From: a virus
Lineage: Duplodnaviria > Caudoviricetes
Strand: one strand, 5' to 3'
DNA: 62,178 nucleotides
IMG/VR virus record: IMGVR_UViG_3300032431_000082
Span: 1 to 62,178 of that record
Part shown: piece after piece, positions 20,106 through 30,279 of the stretch
Position numbering within the stretch: the stretch's first letter is position 1
Layout of the letters: the number at the start of each line of letters is the position of its first letter
Position numbers and translations under genes: made by a program
Notes under the pieces: model-generated
The model's input: the letters and a program-made list of their open reading frames with translations, nothing else
What the model was told of the DNA's origin: nothing
Databases searched by the model: none

Positions 20106-20740
20106 TGACTCCACCACACCTAACCCCATACAACTTAATAGCGGACTCCCCCAACATTGAACCCACCCCTTACCGCCCCCTATATGGCGGCCCCTATAGA
20201 TTATCTATGGGTGAGGTATTACATGGTGCTGCCCTCCCCTACACAGACTTAGGGCTAGTGTTCGATGAGGTATCGTATGCCACCCCTCTTTTAGGGGATA
20301 GCGGTGATGGTATGGGTAGTACCTCCCTAACACTCTACAAGTTCTTACTGACTAGTAATTACCCGCAGTGGGTGGAGAAGGATATAGTATTATCTTTTGG
20401 TACACCCACACCCTTAGATCTAATAGGTGGTCACTTACGCTCCTTTATGGAAGGAACCGATAGTGGTACGTGGTTCATTAAGGTAGGGCATATGTTAGCG
20501 GATAGTGAGTACCTATACCTTGAGATACTTAGTGGGGGTAGGGAGTGCTCTGTGGTACAAGCTATAGGTACGGGCACTGATTGCTCTACCCTACGCGCTA
20601 TAGCCATAAGTTCTATATGTTCTATCTGCATGCCTGAAGGTGAGAGGTGGAGTAGATGTCCCCCACTACCGCCAGTATTACCACCGGCTCCACCACCTAT
20701 GATAAGGTGTGACAACCGTTGGGGTATGGTAAATGAGTAA
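20105..20740 (+). CDS. Hypothetical virion-module protein
   Basis: 211-aa ORF translationally coupled on both sides. Confidence 0.6.
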   Translation: MTPPHLTPYNLIADSPNIEPTPYRPLYGGPYRLSMGEVLHGAALPYTDLGLVFDEVSYATPLLGDSGDGMGSTSLTLYKFLLTSNYPQWVEKDIVLSFGTPTPLDLIGGHLRSFMEGTDSGTWFIKVGHMLADSEYLYLEILSGGRECSVVQAIGTGTDCSTLRAIAISSICSICMPEGERWSRCPPLPPVLPPAPPPMIRCDNRWGMVNE

Positions 20741-22094
20741 TAATGTATTCCTACATAGACATACTAAGGCGTATAGGGATGTATCTCCGTACCCATTAGT
20801 AAATGAGCCCGGCCCCACATTGGAGTGGGTGCAGGGGGTTAATAGGCAGAGGTTAGCGTACCCTGACCAACCATACTTGACACCGTTACTACCTATAGAT
20901 ACGAGGAGTACGTTATCGTTGTATGGGATTAGTACATTGATATCTGTAGGGGGGTATAGTTATTCAGGGGTAAAGGAGATAGAGTATCCGCTATATAGGG
21001 ATAGGTACATTATTACTAGTGCGGGGTTATGGGATGACCATACATTAGTAGGTGATAGTCTATCCGTAGGGGATATGGATGATGATTACATGGTGCGTAC
21101 GGAGAGGCCGAGTACTGGCTTACATTGGGAGTTCGTAAAGGAAGGGGCCGCGCCCATGCAGGAGAGGCAATACCTGTACCTCCCCGTAGGGCAATACACA
21201 GATAGCGTGATGCAATTGGTACCACAGATACCGTACTGGGTATCGCACTCCCCACGGGTCGTCACGGCACTCCCCACGGGTCGTCACGGCACTCCCCACG
21301 GACACTTATTGCCGGATAGACAGTACCTATTACCATCTAAGCATACTGACTATGGTGAGTGGTATAACATCGGCCCCATAGGTATGGGCACATCACCCTT
21401 CCTACCAGGCTTAGTATCTACTGGTGTAACTACTGTCATAGGGGATGGGGAGATATTGTATGAGTACCAAGATGTACAAGGTACTTACTCCCCACTAGGT
21501 ACATTGTACATGTCACCACTACGACCTAATAATCACCACTACCCATTGGGGAGGCCTAAGCCTGGGGATCTAGTGTTTGATGTATGCGTACCGATAGGGG
21601 GCCTGCTTGAGAAGGGTACTACGCCCTGGGTGGGGTATAGTACTGGGTATAGGACTAGCAATAGCTACCACCCATTCCGCACCTATTACCTGTATGAGGA
21701 TGCAGCGGGTGGTACATTCTTAGATGATGCAGTACCAAGTATGGATGTATGGCCTTTAATAGAGGATCTATTAGGGGATGGGGGTATTACCATACACTTG
21801 GAGTGTGTAAGGGATGAATTATATATAAGGGATGTATCGTGTGGAGTAGTGGTAGAGTTACCTGATCTCCCCAACTATGGGTACAGGGATGGGGATGTAT
21901 GGGGTGATTGTGTAGTGGTAGCGGACGGGTATTACTTAGCATGGGATCCATGTAATGCGTACTGGGGTGATAGGGTATGGGTAGATGATTACCTAATGAT
22001 AGACCCATGTGCAGTGATACCTAATAATTGTGAGCCTCTATGTTGGTGGAGTGATGAGTACCATGTCAATAATACATTAGTGTGTGAGGGGTAA
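20733..22094 (+). CDS. Hypothetical virion-module protein containing a 22-bp tandem repeat
   Basis: 453-aa ORF with a Cys/Asp-rich C-terminus. Confidence 0.6.
   Translation: MSNNVFLHRHTKAYRDVSPYPLVNEPGPTLEWVQGVNRQRLAYPDQPYLTPLLPIDTRSTLSLYGISTLISVGGYSYSGVKEIEYPLYRDRYIITSAGLWDDHTLVGDSLSVGDMDDDYMVRTERPSTGLHWEFVKEGAAPMQERQYLYLPVGQYTDSVMQLVPQIPYWVSHSPRVVTALPTGRHGTPHGHLLPDRQYLLPSKHTDYGEWYNIGPIGMGTSPFLPGLVSTGVTTVIGDGEILYEYQDVQGTYSPLGTLYMSPLRPNNHHYPLGRPKPGDLVFDVCVPIGGLLEKGTTPWVGYSTGYRTSNSYHPFRTYYLYEDAAGGTFLDDAVPSMDVWPLIEDLLGDGGITIHLECVRDELYIRDVSCGVVVELPDLPNYGYRDGDVWGDCVVVADGYYLAWDPCNAYWGDRVWVDDYLMIDPCAVIPNNCEPLCWWSDEYHVNNTLVCEG
21245..21301 (+). repeat. Tandem repeat, 22-bp unit (2 full copies plus 13 bp), micro-element family A
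   Basis: GCACTCCCCACGGGTCGTCACG x2 followed by GCACTCCCCACGG. Confidence 0.9.
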
Positions 22095-22097
22095 GGG

Positions 22098-24503
22098 ATG
22101 TTAGATTATAGTTTACTGAAGATAGTAGTAGGTACTGCGAATGTATCCCCTATAGAAGACCCTGTACTAGGTAGTAATGGTACCCAGTGTATAAGGAAGA
22201 TCAATGGGTTCATACAGAGAGTGCAGGAAGATCTGGTCACGATGGTACCACAAGGTAAAGGTAACCTTATAGTAGGCGGTGGTGCGGATGAGCCAATAGA
22301 GTTACAGGTGGGGGTGAATAACTACTGTCTGACCGTGGACCCTAGCACCCCTTCCGGTATCAAATGGGAGGAGAGGGTTGACCTGACATCAGTGCAGACT
22401 GTGGGGGGGAAGAAGACCTTCACCTCCGATGTAAGTATGATGCAGGATCTATACGTAGCATCTGATGTAGAGGTAGGTGCTAATGCGACCATCACAGGGA
22501 ATGTATCTGCCTTGAATGGTCACCTCAGAGGGACATTAGAAGTTGGGTTATCTACGCTCATGCACTCTACACTGACAGTAGAGAATAGTACCACTTTACG
22601 TACTAACTTAACGGTACAGGGTGCGTCTATGTTGAGTACAGCGGTCGTATCATCTACATTGAATGTGGGTGGTGCCAGTACATTAGATAGCTCACTGAGG
22701 GTTGTAGGTAGTACCACAATGGACTCCAACCTATCAGTAGATGGGGCAATCAATGTATCAGGTTCTGTAGTAGTAGGTAATGATGTACTGATAGCAGACT
22801 CACTATCAGTGAGTGGTGCGAGTAACATGACCTCCTTAGCAGTGACGGGCCCCACATCATTAGCCTCTACGACAGCTACTGCCTTGACGGTGACTGGTAG
22901 TGCAAACCTAACTGCCCTATCATTGAGTGGTGCATTAGCTGTAGGTACGACCTTAACTACTGGTGGGGGGATTACAGCAGGGGGTGCAGTAGTAGCTAGT
23001 AGTACATTGACAGTTGCTGGCACATCTACATTGGCGGGTGTGACCAGTACATCAACAGTAACATCTGGCAGTACCACCACTGGTAAGTTAGTAGCCTTAC
23101 AGGGCACTACCTTAAACGATACATTATGGGTTGGTGGTGCCACTAATCTAAGGTCTACATTATCAGTAGCAAGCAATGCAGTACTCTCAGGGGATGTGAC
23201 GGTAAGTGGTCTGAGTAAGTTAGGGGGCACCAGTACTAAGGCATTATCTGTAGTGGGGCCGGCGCTTGTACAAGGATTACTAACCATAGATGGCTCAGTA
23301 CTAGCAGAGGGCGATATAACAGTAGGTGGTAGTGCGTTCATAGAGGGTAGTGGTACTGTAGAACTAGACCTAACAGTAGGTGGTAATACATTACTCGTGG
23401 GTACATTACAGGCCCCCACTGCTTCTATAACTAATCTGACATCCACTACTGGTGCTATCACTACATTGACTAGTGATGTAGTGAAAGGTAGGAATGTAGA
23501 GTATACGGGCACCCTGACGGGTAATACAGCCACAGTATATTCTCTATCAGCTAATGATGTAACTAGTACGACCATAGATACGACTAACTTAGTAGTGACA
23601 GGTAGTGCAGTAATACCCAACCTATCTGGTACTAATACAGGGGATGAGGTATTAGCCACACCCACATTAACGGGGACAGTCCGCATTACATCAGCAGCCC
23701 CAGACCCTATAGTGTACACGGTGACGGATGCACAGGCGGCATTCATTGGGGTATCTGAGAGAGGTACTACCTTAGCGACATTAGTAGCGGGTAAGATACC
23801 CATCAATCAATTACCACCATTAGCTATTAGTGATACGCACGTAGTACCGACTATAGCGGAGATGAACAGCCTCATCGCACAGGTAGGGGATGTAGCCATC
23901 CTCACAGACCCTGCGAGTACTTACATCTTACAGACTGAGCCGAATGGGTGGGTGATGTTAAATACACCAACTGATGCAGTACCATCTGTATTCAATAGGG
24001 TTGGCCCCATACAGGCAGTAGCGGGTGATTATACAGCCACTATGATCCCCTTAACCTCTATCGCCACATTGAATGCCACGACAGTACAGTCAGGTATCGC
24101 GGCCCTAGTATCATCATTGAATACACACAGGGGTGACGTTACTAACCCGCACGATATTACAGCGGAGCAGATAGAGGCTATACCTATCTGGGAGAAAGGG
24201 TCAGGGCTAGGCGTAGCGACGCTCGATGTAAGTGGTAAGGTGCCCGTAGAGCAATTACCAGTAGACCTATTAGGTGCAAGTAAGGTAGTAGTGTCATTCA
24301 CCTCTACAGACTTAGTGAATAGTGTATTGGTAGTACAACATAACTTGAGTGATAAATACCCAAGCTCTATAACTGTATACAATAACCTGGGCAGGGTGGT
24401 AGTACCAGATGATATAGAGGTAGTAGATGATAACTCTCTGAAGGTAGACCTGAGTAGTTACAGTACCTTAATGGGCGCGTGGAGGGTAGCTATAGGCGTA
24501 TGA
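22098..24503 (+). CDS. Tail fibre/spike protein with beta-helix-like S/T/V/G repeats
   Basis: Long (S/T)L.V.G.(S/T) periodic region, SVFNRVG...GDY, NPHDITAEQI, GVATLD..GKVP..QLP and a C-terminal HNL...P...VY domain. Confidence 0.75.
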   Translation: MLDYSLLKIVVGTANVSPIEDPVLGSNGTQCIRKINGFIQRVQEDLVTMVPQGKGNLIVGGGADEPIELQVGVNNYCLTVDPSTPSGIKWEERVDLTSVQTVGGKKTFTSDVSMMQDLYVASDVEVGANATITGNVSALNGHLRGTLEVGLSTLMHSTLTVENSTTLRTNLTVQGASMLSTAVVSSTLNVGGASTLDSSLRVVGSTTMDSNLSVDGAINVSGSVVVGNDVLIADSLSVSGASNMTSLAVTGPTSLASTTATALTVTGSANLTALSLSGALAVGTTLTTGGGITAGGAVVASSTLTVAGTSTLAGVTSTSTVTSGSTTTGKLVALQGTTLNDTLWVGGATNLRSTLSVASNAVLSGDVTVSGLSKLGGTSTKALSVVGPALVQGLLTIDGSVLAEGDITVGGSAFIEGSGTVELDLTVGGNTLLVGTLQAPTASITNLTSTTGAITTLTSDVVKGRNVEYTGTLTGNTATVYSLSANDVTSTTIDTTNLVVTGSAVIPNLSGTNTGDEVLATPTLTGTVRITSAAPDPIVYTVTDAQAAFIGVSERGTTLATLVAGKIPINQLPPLAISDTHVVPTIAEMNSLIAQVGDVAILTDPASTYILQTEPNGWVMLNTPTDAVPSVFNRVGPIQAVAGDYTATMIPLTSIATLNATTVQSGIAALVSSLNTHRGDVTNPHDITAEQIEAIPIWEKGSGLGVATLDVSGKVPVEQLPVDLLGASKVVVSFTSTDLVNSVLVVQHNLSDKYPSSITVYNNLGRVVVPDDIEVVDDNSLKVDLSSYSTLMGAWRVAIGV

Positions 24504-25009
24504 CACCTACAATGACACGGGAGATAATGTTATCCCTAATGGATCACATGAGGCAGGGTATGGCGGCGTACCTAATATACATGCCAGAGTTAGGTATGGG
24601 TGCTTTGAATCCACAGCAGTACCAGAGGAGGTACATGTTCACGATGAGGGAGGCAGTATCATATGAGTTAGGGGTCTCCCCTACAGCCGGCGCCCTATCA
24701 TTGAATGGGTATAGTAGGTACGTACCAGCGGGTGAGGATCTACAGGTACACGATACGCACTTGATATTGAGGGTTAGGTGTAAGTGGTCGGCCATAGCCG
24801 GCCCCATAGGGCCCTTTACCCACGTAGTATTAGCGAGGGGTTGTAATCTCTATGGTGGTACAGCAGCCAATGGTATGAATAGGGGTGATTATAGTGGGCA
24901 GGTAATATTGTGCCAGCCCCAGGCTAAGGATCCATTAGGGTTAACGATACAGGCTGGTGCAACGTACGAGACATCTATACCAGTACGTATAGGGGGGAGG
25001 ACGGTGTGA
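24499..25009 (+). CDS. Hypothetical tail-associated protein
   Basis: ATG 24499 overlaps the end of the upstream gene. GY.R...W.A..G.IGPFTH beta-sandwich-like pattern. Confidence 0.6.
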
Positions 25010-25905
25010 TACCACTGGAGTTAATACAGGTAGTAGAGAGGGATTTACATTATGTAGTTAGTGTATATAATGGTGCCCCTAACTTAGTGGATGCTATGAG
25101 GGGCCTAGGGTGGACAGATAGGGAGGTCATACGTAGATTATACTTATTGCTATCGCACCCCGAGGAGGTCAAGGTAATAAGCCCCTGGGATCAGACCTTC
25201 CCTCTATTCGATGAGTTGGGGGAAGAACTATACGGTCACGCATCAATCACGCCAGAGTCTGCATACTCAGTACATACTATAGATGGGGAGTTATTGTATA
25301 GGGTACTACCGCATGGTGGTTGGTACGGCACATCTACATTAGATAGGACATTACTCCTGCAATCATATACAGGGGATATGTATTATCTACAGTACCAGAC
25401 ATTTACTAGGCCGTACACGTACTTACTACTAGTGAATAATCAATCAATGGGGCAGCTATCTATCAATCCTCCTGGTTTAGTGGAGCCCGCCGGTGTACCT
25501 TCAATACTCCCTGCAGATAATCGCATCACCTTCAGCACAGTACGCAAGGGTAGATTAGAGGTAAGGTACTTAGTGACCACACCCATTACCATCCCCAGCA
25601 CTGCACACATACGCCAGCATGGGGCTGTAGAGTACCACGTACTAGAGTCATGGGATGATAAGTTCATGTGGTTCCCCCACGGTGCGGGGTGGTTAGCCAT
25701 ATACCAGGATGGTGTAGCAGTGCCTATAGGGGAGATAATGGGTGCGGGTATTGATAGGGTGATACCAGTCAATGATCATGTGTTGTACATAGCGCAGGGT
25801 AATATAGATATGGCATCAGTGAGGCAGGTATTAGGGGAGACAGTACGGCGCCCCCCTGACTTATCAAGGGAGCAGGTAATACAGGCAGAGGTGACCATTA
25901 ACTGA
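25006..25905 (+). CDS. Hypothetical protein
   Basis: 299-aa ORF with a GTGA overlap to the previous gene. Confidence 0.6.
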   Translation: MIPLELIQVVERDLHYVVSVYNGAPNLVDAMRGLGWTDREVIRRLYLLLSHPEEVKVISPWDQTFPLFDELGEELYGHASITPESAYSVHTIDGELLYRVLPHGGWYGTSTLDRTLLLQSYTGDMYYLQYQTFTRPYTYLLLVNNQSMGQLSINPPGLVEPAGVPSILPADNRITFSTVRKGRLEVRYLVTTPITIPSTAHIRQHGAVEYHVLESWDDKFMWFPHGAGWLAIYQDGVAVPIGEIMGAGIDRVIPVNDHVLYIAQGNIDMASVRQVLGETVRRPPDLSREQVIQAEVTIN

Positions 25906-25930
25906 TGCCACTTCACCAGAGGCTCACTAC

Positions 25931-25977
25931 AGTGCCGCATGGCTGCGACCCGTGGGAAGTGCCGCATGGCTGCGACC
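25931..25977 (-). repeat. Tandem pair of micro-element family A between convergent genes
   Basis: AGTGCCGCATGGCTGCGACC occurs twice with a 27-nt period. Confidence 0.85.
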
Positions 25978-26008
25978 GTTCTTGAGTACATCTCTGATGC
26001 AGTAGTAC

Positions 26009-26380
26009 TCAAGTGTTCTCTGTAATCCACTCTCCATCAGGGCCGAAGGTAATACAATATAGATTACCAGGGGTGGGGTCATTGGGTAAGCCATCATCAC
26101 CCCTAATCTGATTATATACCTGCCAGTGTTCTTCTTTAGTATCTGTGAGGAATACTACCATGTTATCATTTATAGCGGTCATGACAACATCGTGAGCAGT
26201 AGCCCAGTAATCCTTCCATAAGAGAAGGTCATTCAGTAAGGCCTCCGTATTATGTACGCCTTGTACAGCAGTACCTTCTAAATCCCAATCTAAGTACACG
26301 CACACCCCATACTTACCATGTACCTTACAGTATGCCCCCACTAAATCAATATTAGTTGGTGTAGTCATTTGTATAGTCAT
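26009..26380 (-). CDS. Hypothetical protein
   Basis: 123-aa acidic ORF with an ATGA overlap to the upstream gene. Confidence 0.65.
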   Translation of the reverse strand: MTIQMTTPTNIDLVGAYCKVHGKYGVCVYLDWDLEGTAVQGVHNTEALLNDLLLWKDYWATAHDVVMTAINDNMVVFLTDTKEEHWQVYNQIRGDDGLPNDPTPGNLYCITFGPDGEWITENT

Positions 26381-26787
26381 GTCAATCCTCTATCGTTATG
26401 TTCAAGTAATCTCAGTACAGTCAAAGATCCCCTTAATACTCCCTGCAGTACTTCAAGCACAAGGGCCGTTATATCTCCCTTAGTTAATGTTGCACCTAAT
26501 ACAGCACCCTTTCTAATGCGAGTACTTACCCTAACCTTACGTACCCAGTAGTGGTGAGTATCAGAGCGACGGTCAAGTGATGGTACATAATACTTACATA
26601 TGAAGTCTGCTAGTGGCTTAGGGTAAGGGCCTAAATAATTGGGAAGGTGTTCGCAGGCACTTATATTAAAGGGGCGGCGGGCACTATGTAATTCATAATT
26701 AACGTAGTACTGTTTAGTAGTACGTATGACATCCGGTTGGTACTCGATAGATATCTGATTGAATAGTTCATGCAATGTGGTCATCAT
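26377..26787 (-). CDS. Hypothetical protein, paralog of the adjacent gene
   Basis: Shares ELF..I, YY.NY.LH, YLGPYP..LA.F and LEVL..VLR..LTVL.LL.HN with 26768-27208. Confidence 0.75.
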   Translation of the reverse strand: MMTTLHELFNQISIEYQPDVIRTTKQYYVNYELHSARRPFNISACEHLPNYLGPYPKPLADFICKYYVPSLDRRSDTHHYWVRKVRVSTRIRKGAVLGATLTKGDITALVLEVLQGVLRGSLTVLRLLEHNDRGLT

Positions 26788-27208
26788 AATTATGTATTAG
26801 TAAGCTAAGTACAGTCAAAGGTTCCCTTAATACTTCCCGCAGTACTTCAAGCAGTAATGTCTCTAACACTTCTTTACTAGGGTTAGGTGTACGTTTAGCT
26901 TGATGTCTCCGTTTGTAAGATAGGTGTACGTTAGACACCCACCTTATACTAGTCGCTACGCTGTGAGCGTTGCTAGGTTGTGATAGGGTGTGTAGGTAAT
27001 GTTCTTCTAAGAACTCTGCCAATGTCTCCGGGTATGGGCCGAGGTAATGACTACTAATTATAGTAGTAGTAGAAGTTACGGTATGCAGGAAGTAGTTTAG
27101 GTAATACTCTGTACTAGGCTTAGGTACACAGGTTATAGCACCATCAATCAATTCAAACAGTTCAGGTATCATAGTATCAGAGGTAAGTAAATCCTTTACA
27201 GTGCTCAT
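26768..27208 (-). CDS. Hypothetical protein, paralog of the adjacent gene
   Basis: Same shared motifs. Start placed at ATG 27208 because the longer ORF overlaps the terminase gene in antisense. Confidence 0.7.
   Translation of the reverse strand: MSTVKDLLTSDTMIPELFELIDGAITCVPKPSTEYYLNYFLHTVTSTTTIISSHYLGPYPETLAEFLEEHYLHTLSQPSNAHSVATSIRWVSNVHLSYKRRHQAKRTPNPSKEVLETLLLEVLREVLREPLTVLSLLIHNYDDHIA
26953..26976 (+). mobile_element. Micro-palindromic element family B, in-frame 24-nt insertion
   Basis: CTAG-TCGCTACGCTGTGAGCGTTG-CTAG, with CTAG duplicated at 26949-26952 and 26973-26976. Confidence 0.7.
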
Positions 27209-27284
27209 GTGATTAAGTCCTGTATGCCCATATTGCTCCTCTGTTATTAGAGGAAGGTATGGGTATGTGTATAGGTGTGCGGGT

Positions 27285-29099
27285 ATGGTTAAGAAGGCAG
27301 CAGTAGCTACATTAGGGGATGCCATGGATGAACTCATGGCGCATATATCAACGAACCTAGGGCCGATTGGTAATGTACCGATAGTGGAGTTCGCGGAGGA
27401 GATACTATTCAATGGTGATATAAAGCTATTCCCCCAGCAGAGGGCGATACTAAAGGCATTCTATAATGAGCCCTTGCTAGCGGAGGAAGAGGACATCTTA
27501 TGTAGGTGGGGGGAGGTGGCAGAAGATGGTGATGTGAGGACTAATTGGGTAAAGGGTAGACAGTATACATCATTGGTAGTTGAGGCAGGGAGGCGTGGTA
27601 CTAAGTCTGCAATGGCATCAATCATCACCTTATATGAAGATTACAACCTATTACTATTACCTAACCCAGGCTTGCACTATGGTTTACTACCATCGGAGCC
27701 TATAGCTCTATTCTTATTCTCACAGAGTCAGGAGCAAGCTAATGAGACGCTCTTCGGTAAGTTAAGGGGGTGGTGCTCATACTCGAACTACTTCTCAACA
27801 TTAATAGACTCAAAGGTATTAGAGGTATTGAGGGAGGAGATACGTAGCCCCGAGAAGAACATAGGTGTGTACTCTAAACACACCAATAGCCCGGCCCTGG
27901 TAGGGTACTCACTGAAGATGATCTTATTAGATGAGGTGGCACGATTCACTACCACAGAGGAAGGGAAGAATATAGGGGATGAACTATGGGATAACGTAGG
28001 CGCGGGCGTGTCCACATTCGGTAGTGAGGGTAGGAAGGTAGCCATATCATCGGCATGGTGCAAGGGTGATAATATACAGCGCCTATGGGAGTTGAGTAAG
28101 AGTGATCAGAGCATGCTGTCATTTAGGTTGAGGACATGGGATCTAAACCCTAACATGACCCGATCTAACCCTATCATAGCGTCTGCATACTCTAAGAATG
28201 CTGTAAAAGCACGATTGGAGTATGAAGGTATACGAGCTACAGGACAGGGTGACTTCATAGGATTAGATAAGTTAGTAGCCTCACAGGTGGGGCCTTCTTG
28301 TGTGGATAGTAAGGACGTACCATTAGATGTAAGTAGTACGCAGGGTGTAAGGTATTACGCGGGGGTTGAGGTGTTACGGCTGGAGAGCTTAGCGGCAGAT
28401 GAGGCGCAATCGTATGGACATATGGATTATGGTATCAAGCGGGATACGGCAGCATTCGCCTTAGCTAGGCCCGTAAAGGTAGGTAAGGAGTGGTTGATAC
28501 AAGTAGATGGGTACTTGAATTGGACACCGTACGTGGATGCTGAGGGTAGAAAGAGAAATGTAAGTATAGGTAATGTGGAGAGTACATTACTGCAAGTATG
28601 TAGGGCGAGGAGGGTAGCTAGACTATCATTTGACTGTTACCAGAGTGAGCACACAATACAGGTGCTACACGAGGCGGGGATATATACAGAGGAGTTATCA
28701 GCGAGTAGGAGTGCACAGTACCAGTACTACTCAACGTACAAGAACTTACTATATGCGGGTAAGTTAGTGCGGCCCAAGGATGCACTATGGGTGGCAGAAG
28801 TGAATACACAGATATCTGATTTACAGTTGAGAGGTGTGGATCAGGATGGTGGGTCACCCAAGATAGTGCATACGATTAGTGGGAAGGACTTAGCAGATGC
28901 GGAGGTCAATGCTGTATATCAATGCCATCTGCACATGTTACGTGCAGGGATGAGCACTGATACCACGCCCACAGTTAGTCTGGTAAGTAAAGCCTCAATG
29001 AGTACACAGAAGATAGGTGCACGTGCCATGAGATCTGAGGTAGGTAATCTTAGGGGTTACGGTAGGGTGAGGGACAGGACTATAAGAAGGCCCTATTAA
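27285..29099 (+). CDS. terL: Terminase large subunit
   Basis: LFPQQ adenine-binding motif, Walker A AGRRGTKS, Walker B ILLDEVA, ISSA coupling motif, and RuvC-like nuclease motifs HMDYG...D, FD.YQS and KDLADA. The start is uncertain (27267, 27285 or downstream). Confidence 0.9.
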   Translation: MVKKAAVATLGDAMDELMAHISTNLGPIGNVPIVEFAEEILFNGDIKLFPQQRAILKAFYNEPLLAEEEDILCRWGEVAEDGDVRTNWVKGRQYTSLVVEAGRRGTKSAMASIITLYEDYNLLLLPNPGLHYGLLPSEPIALFLFSQSQEQANETLFGKLRGWCSYSNYFSTLIDSKVLEVLREEIRSPEKNIGVYSKHTNSPALVGYSLKMILLDEVARFTTTEEGKNIGDELWDNVGAGVSTFGSEGRKVAISSAWCKGDNIQRLWELSKSDQSMLSFRLRTWDLNPNMTRSNPIIASAYSKNAVKARLEYEGIRATGQGDFIGLDKLVASQVGPSCVDSKDVPLDVSSTQGVRYYAGVEVLRLESLAADEAQSYGHMDYGIKRDTAAFALARPVKVGKEWLIQVDGYLNWTPYVDAEGRKRNVSIGNVESTLLQVCRARRVARLSFDCYQSEHTIQVLHEAGIYTEELSASRSAQYQYYSTYKNLLYAGKLVRPKDALWVAEVNTQISDLQLRGVDQDGGSPKIVHTISGKDLADAEVNAVYQCHLHMLRAGMSTDTTPTVSLVSKASMSTQKIGARAMRSEVGNLRGYGRVRDRTIRRPY

Positions 29100-29113
29100 T
29101 CCTGTCCCTTTAG

Positions 29114-29281
29114 TTAGCGGGTACCACCTCCTTCCCTTCTACCCGGTGCACCTTCTTCAGGTGGCTTAAATGATTGAGAGATTGGTGTAATAGAGACATC
29201 AAGCATGGTCACTATCTCAGAGGGGAGTGTTGGCGCACTCCCCACATTAAGAGACAGTAAGGCCGTTGCAGTTAAGATCAT
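29114..29281 (-). CDS. Small putative secreted peptide (55 aa) ending in a DUF928-like PP..G.PGRR.GGGTR motif
   Basis: My translation: MILTATALLSLNVGSAPTLPSEIVTMLDVSITPISQSFKPPEEGAPGRREGGGTR*. GGAGG lies upstream. The ORF is below the ORF-track length cutoff. Confidence 0.6.
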   Translation of the reverse strand: MILTATALLSLNVGSAPTLPSEIVTMLDVSITPISQSFKPPEEGAPGRREGGGTR

Positions 29282-29434
29282 TAAGGGTTCCAGATGTACC
29301 TCCTATAGTTAATGCAGCTACAGATAGAGTATATTGTATATACATCTAAATGCTTGATAACTATAGCTAAATAACACATCTTAGAAATAGGATATGTAGT
29401 AGGTAAGGTAGATGTCTGAATAGGGAGGTGCTGT

Positions 29435-30229
29435 ATGGATTGTTGTAGTGTGTGGGATACGAGGAAGGTACCGATATTAGCTGTAGTTGAAGTCCCCCAT
29501 GAAGAGGACCCGCCCATTACGGGTAAGGAGCAAGTATTAGCAGCTAGGTATTACCTCCGTATATACCCCCCACAGAGAGGGCAGGTAGGTGTAGTATTAC
29601 CTACTAGATGGGATATCCCTATGGCGGGTGTGACAGCAGGTGTAGCGAGGGTTGTATTACCACCATCAGTAGGGTATGGGATTAATAGCTCCTATAGGGT
29701 AGAGTACGTAATGTGGAGACCTATATTGAATGGGGTGATGGTAGGGAAGAGAGCACGTGTGAGGGTACCTGAGAGGGTGATTAAAGAGGAGTACTGGAAG
29801 GTACCCCATAACCATAACAAGGTAATGGAGTTACGGATGGTACACCTAATGGAGAGAGATAATATCCCCATAGGTATTATGAACCCCATATCAGTGAGGA
29901 GTGCACCATGTACTACAGAGACCATGCACTGTGGTAGTGGGTACGATGAGCCCATAACGTGGGATATAATGGAGCGGCCCTTAGAGGGCACATATGATAA
30001 GTCATTAAGGGATATAACAATGGGTGTCGATATACCTATAGGTAGCGGGTACGTAATAGAGTACCTAGTACCACTAACCTTAAGGGATGTAGTGCAGTAT
30101 AAGCCAGATAGAACACATATAGGAGATATAGGATCATGCCACGACAGTTCCCAATGTTGCCCCCCTCTAGTTGCGCCATGGGGTCGTTTACCTGGGACCC
30201 AGGGTACAAGTACCCCCTGGTACTATTAA
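29435..30229 (+). CDS. Hypothetical protein
   Basis: 264-aa ORF with GGAGG upstream of the ATG. Confidence 0.65.
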   Translation: MDCCSVWDTRKVPILAVVEVPHEEDPPITGKEQVLAARYYLRIYPPQRGQVGVVLPTRWDIPMAGVTAGVARVVLPPSVGYGINSSYRVEYVMWRPILNGVMVGKRARVRVPERVIKEEYWKVPHNHNKVMELRMVHLMERDNIPIGIMNPISVRSAPCTTETMHCGSGYDEPITWDIMERPLEGTYDKSLRDITMGVDIPIGSGYVIEYLVPLTLRDVVQYKPDRTHIGDIGSCHDSSQCCPPLVAPWGRLPGTQGTSTPWYY

Positions 30230-30279
30230 GCCCTACGCCAGTAGGGTGTGGCGGTATATGTTATACGTGCTGCATACAG

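Noticed and set aside
22520-23806. 428-aa minus-strand ORF
   Set aside because: Antisense shadow of the repetitive Thr/Val/Ser-rich tail fibre.
24211-24220. GCGTAGCGAC matching half of family B
   Set aside because: It encodes the common tail-fibre motif GVATLD and has no second arm or target duplication.
21245-25977. Short repeats as a possible mini-CRISPR array
   Set aside because: Units are directly tandem with no unique spacers. The Cas4-like gene is a stand-alone phage nuclease with no other cas genes.
27209-27412. N-terminal extension of the 214-aa minus-strand ORF
   Set aside because: It overlaps the terminase start in antisense, and similarity to the paralog begins only after Met 27208.
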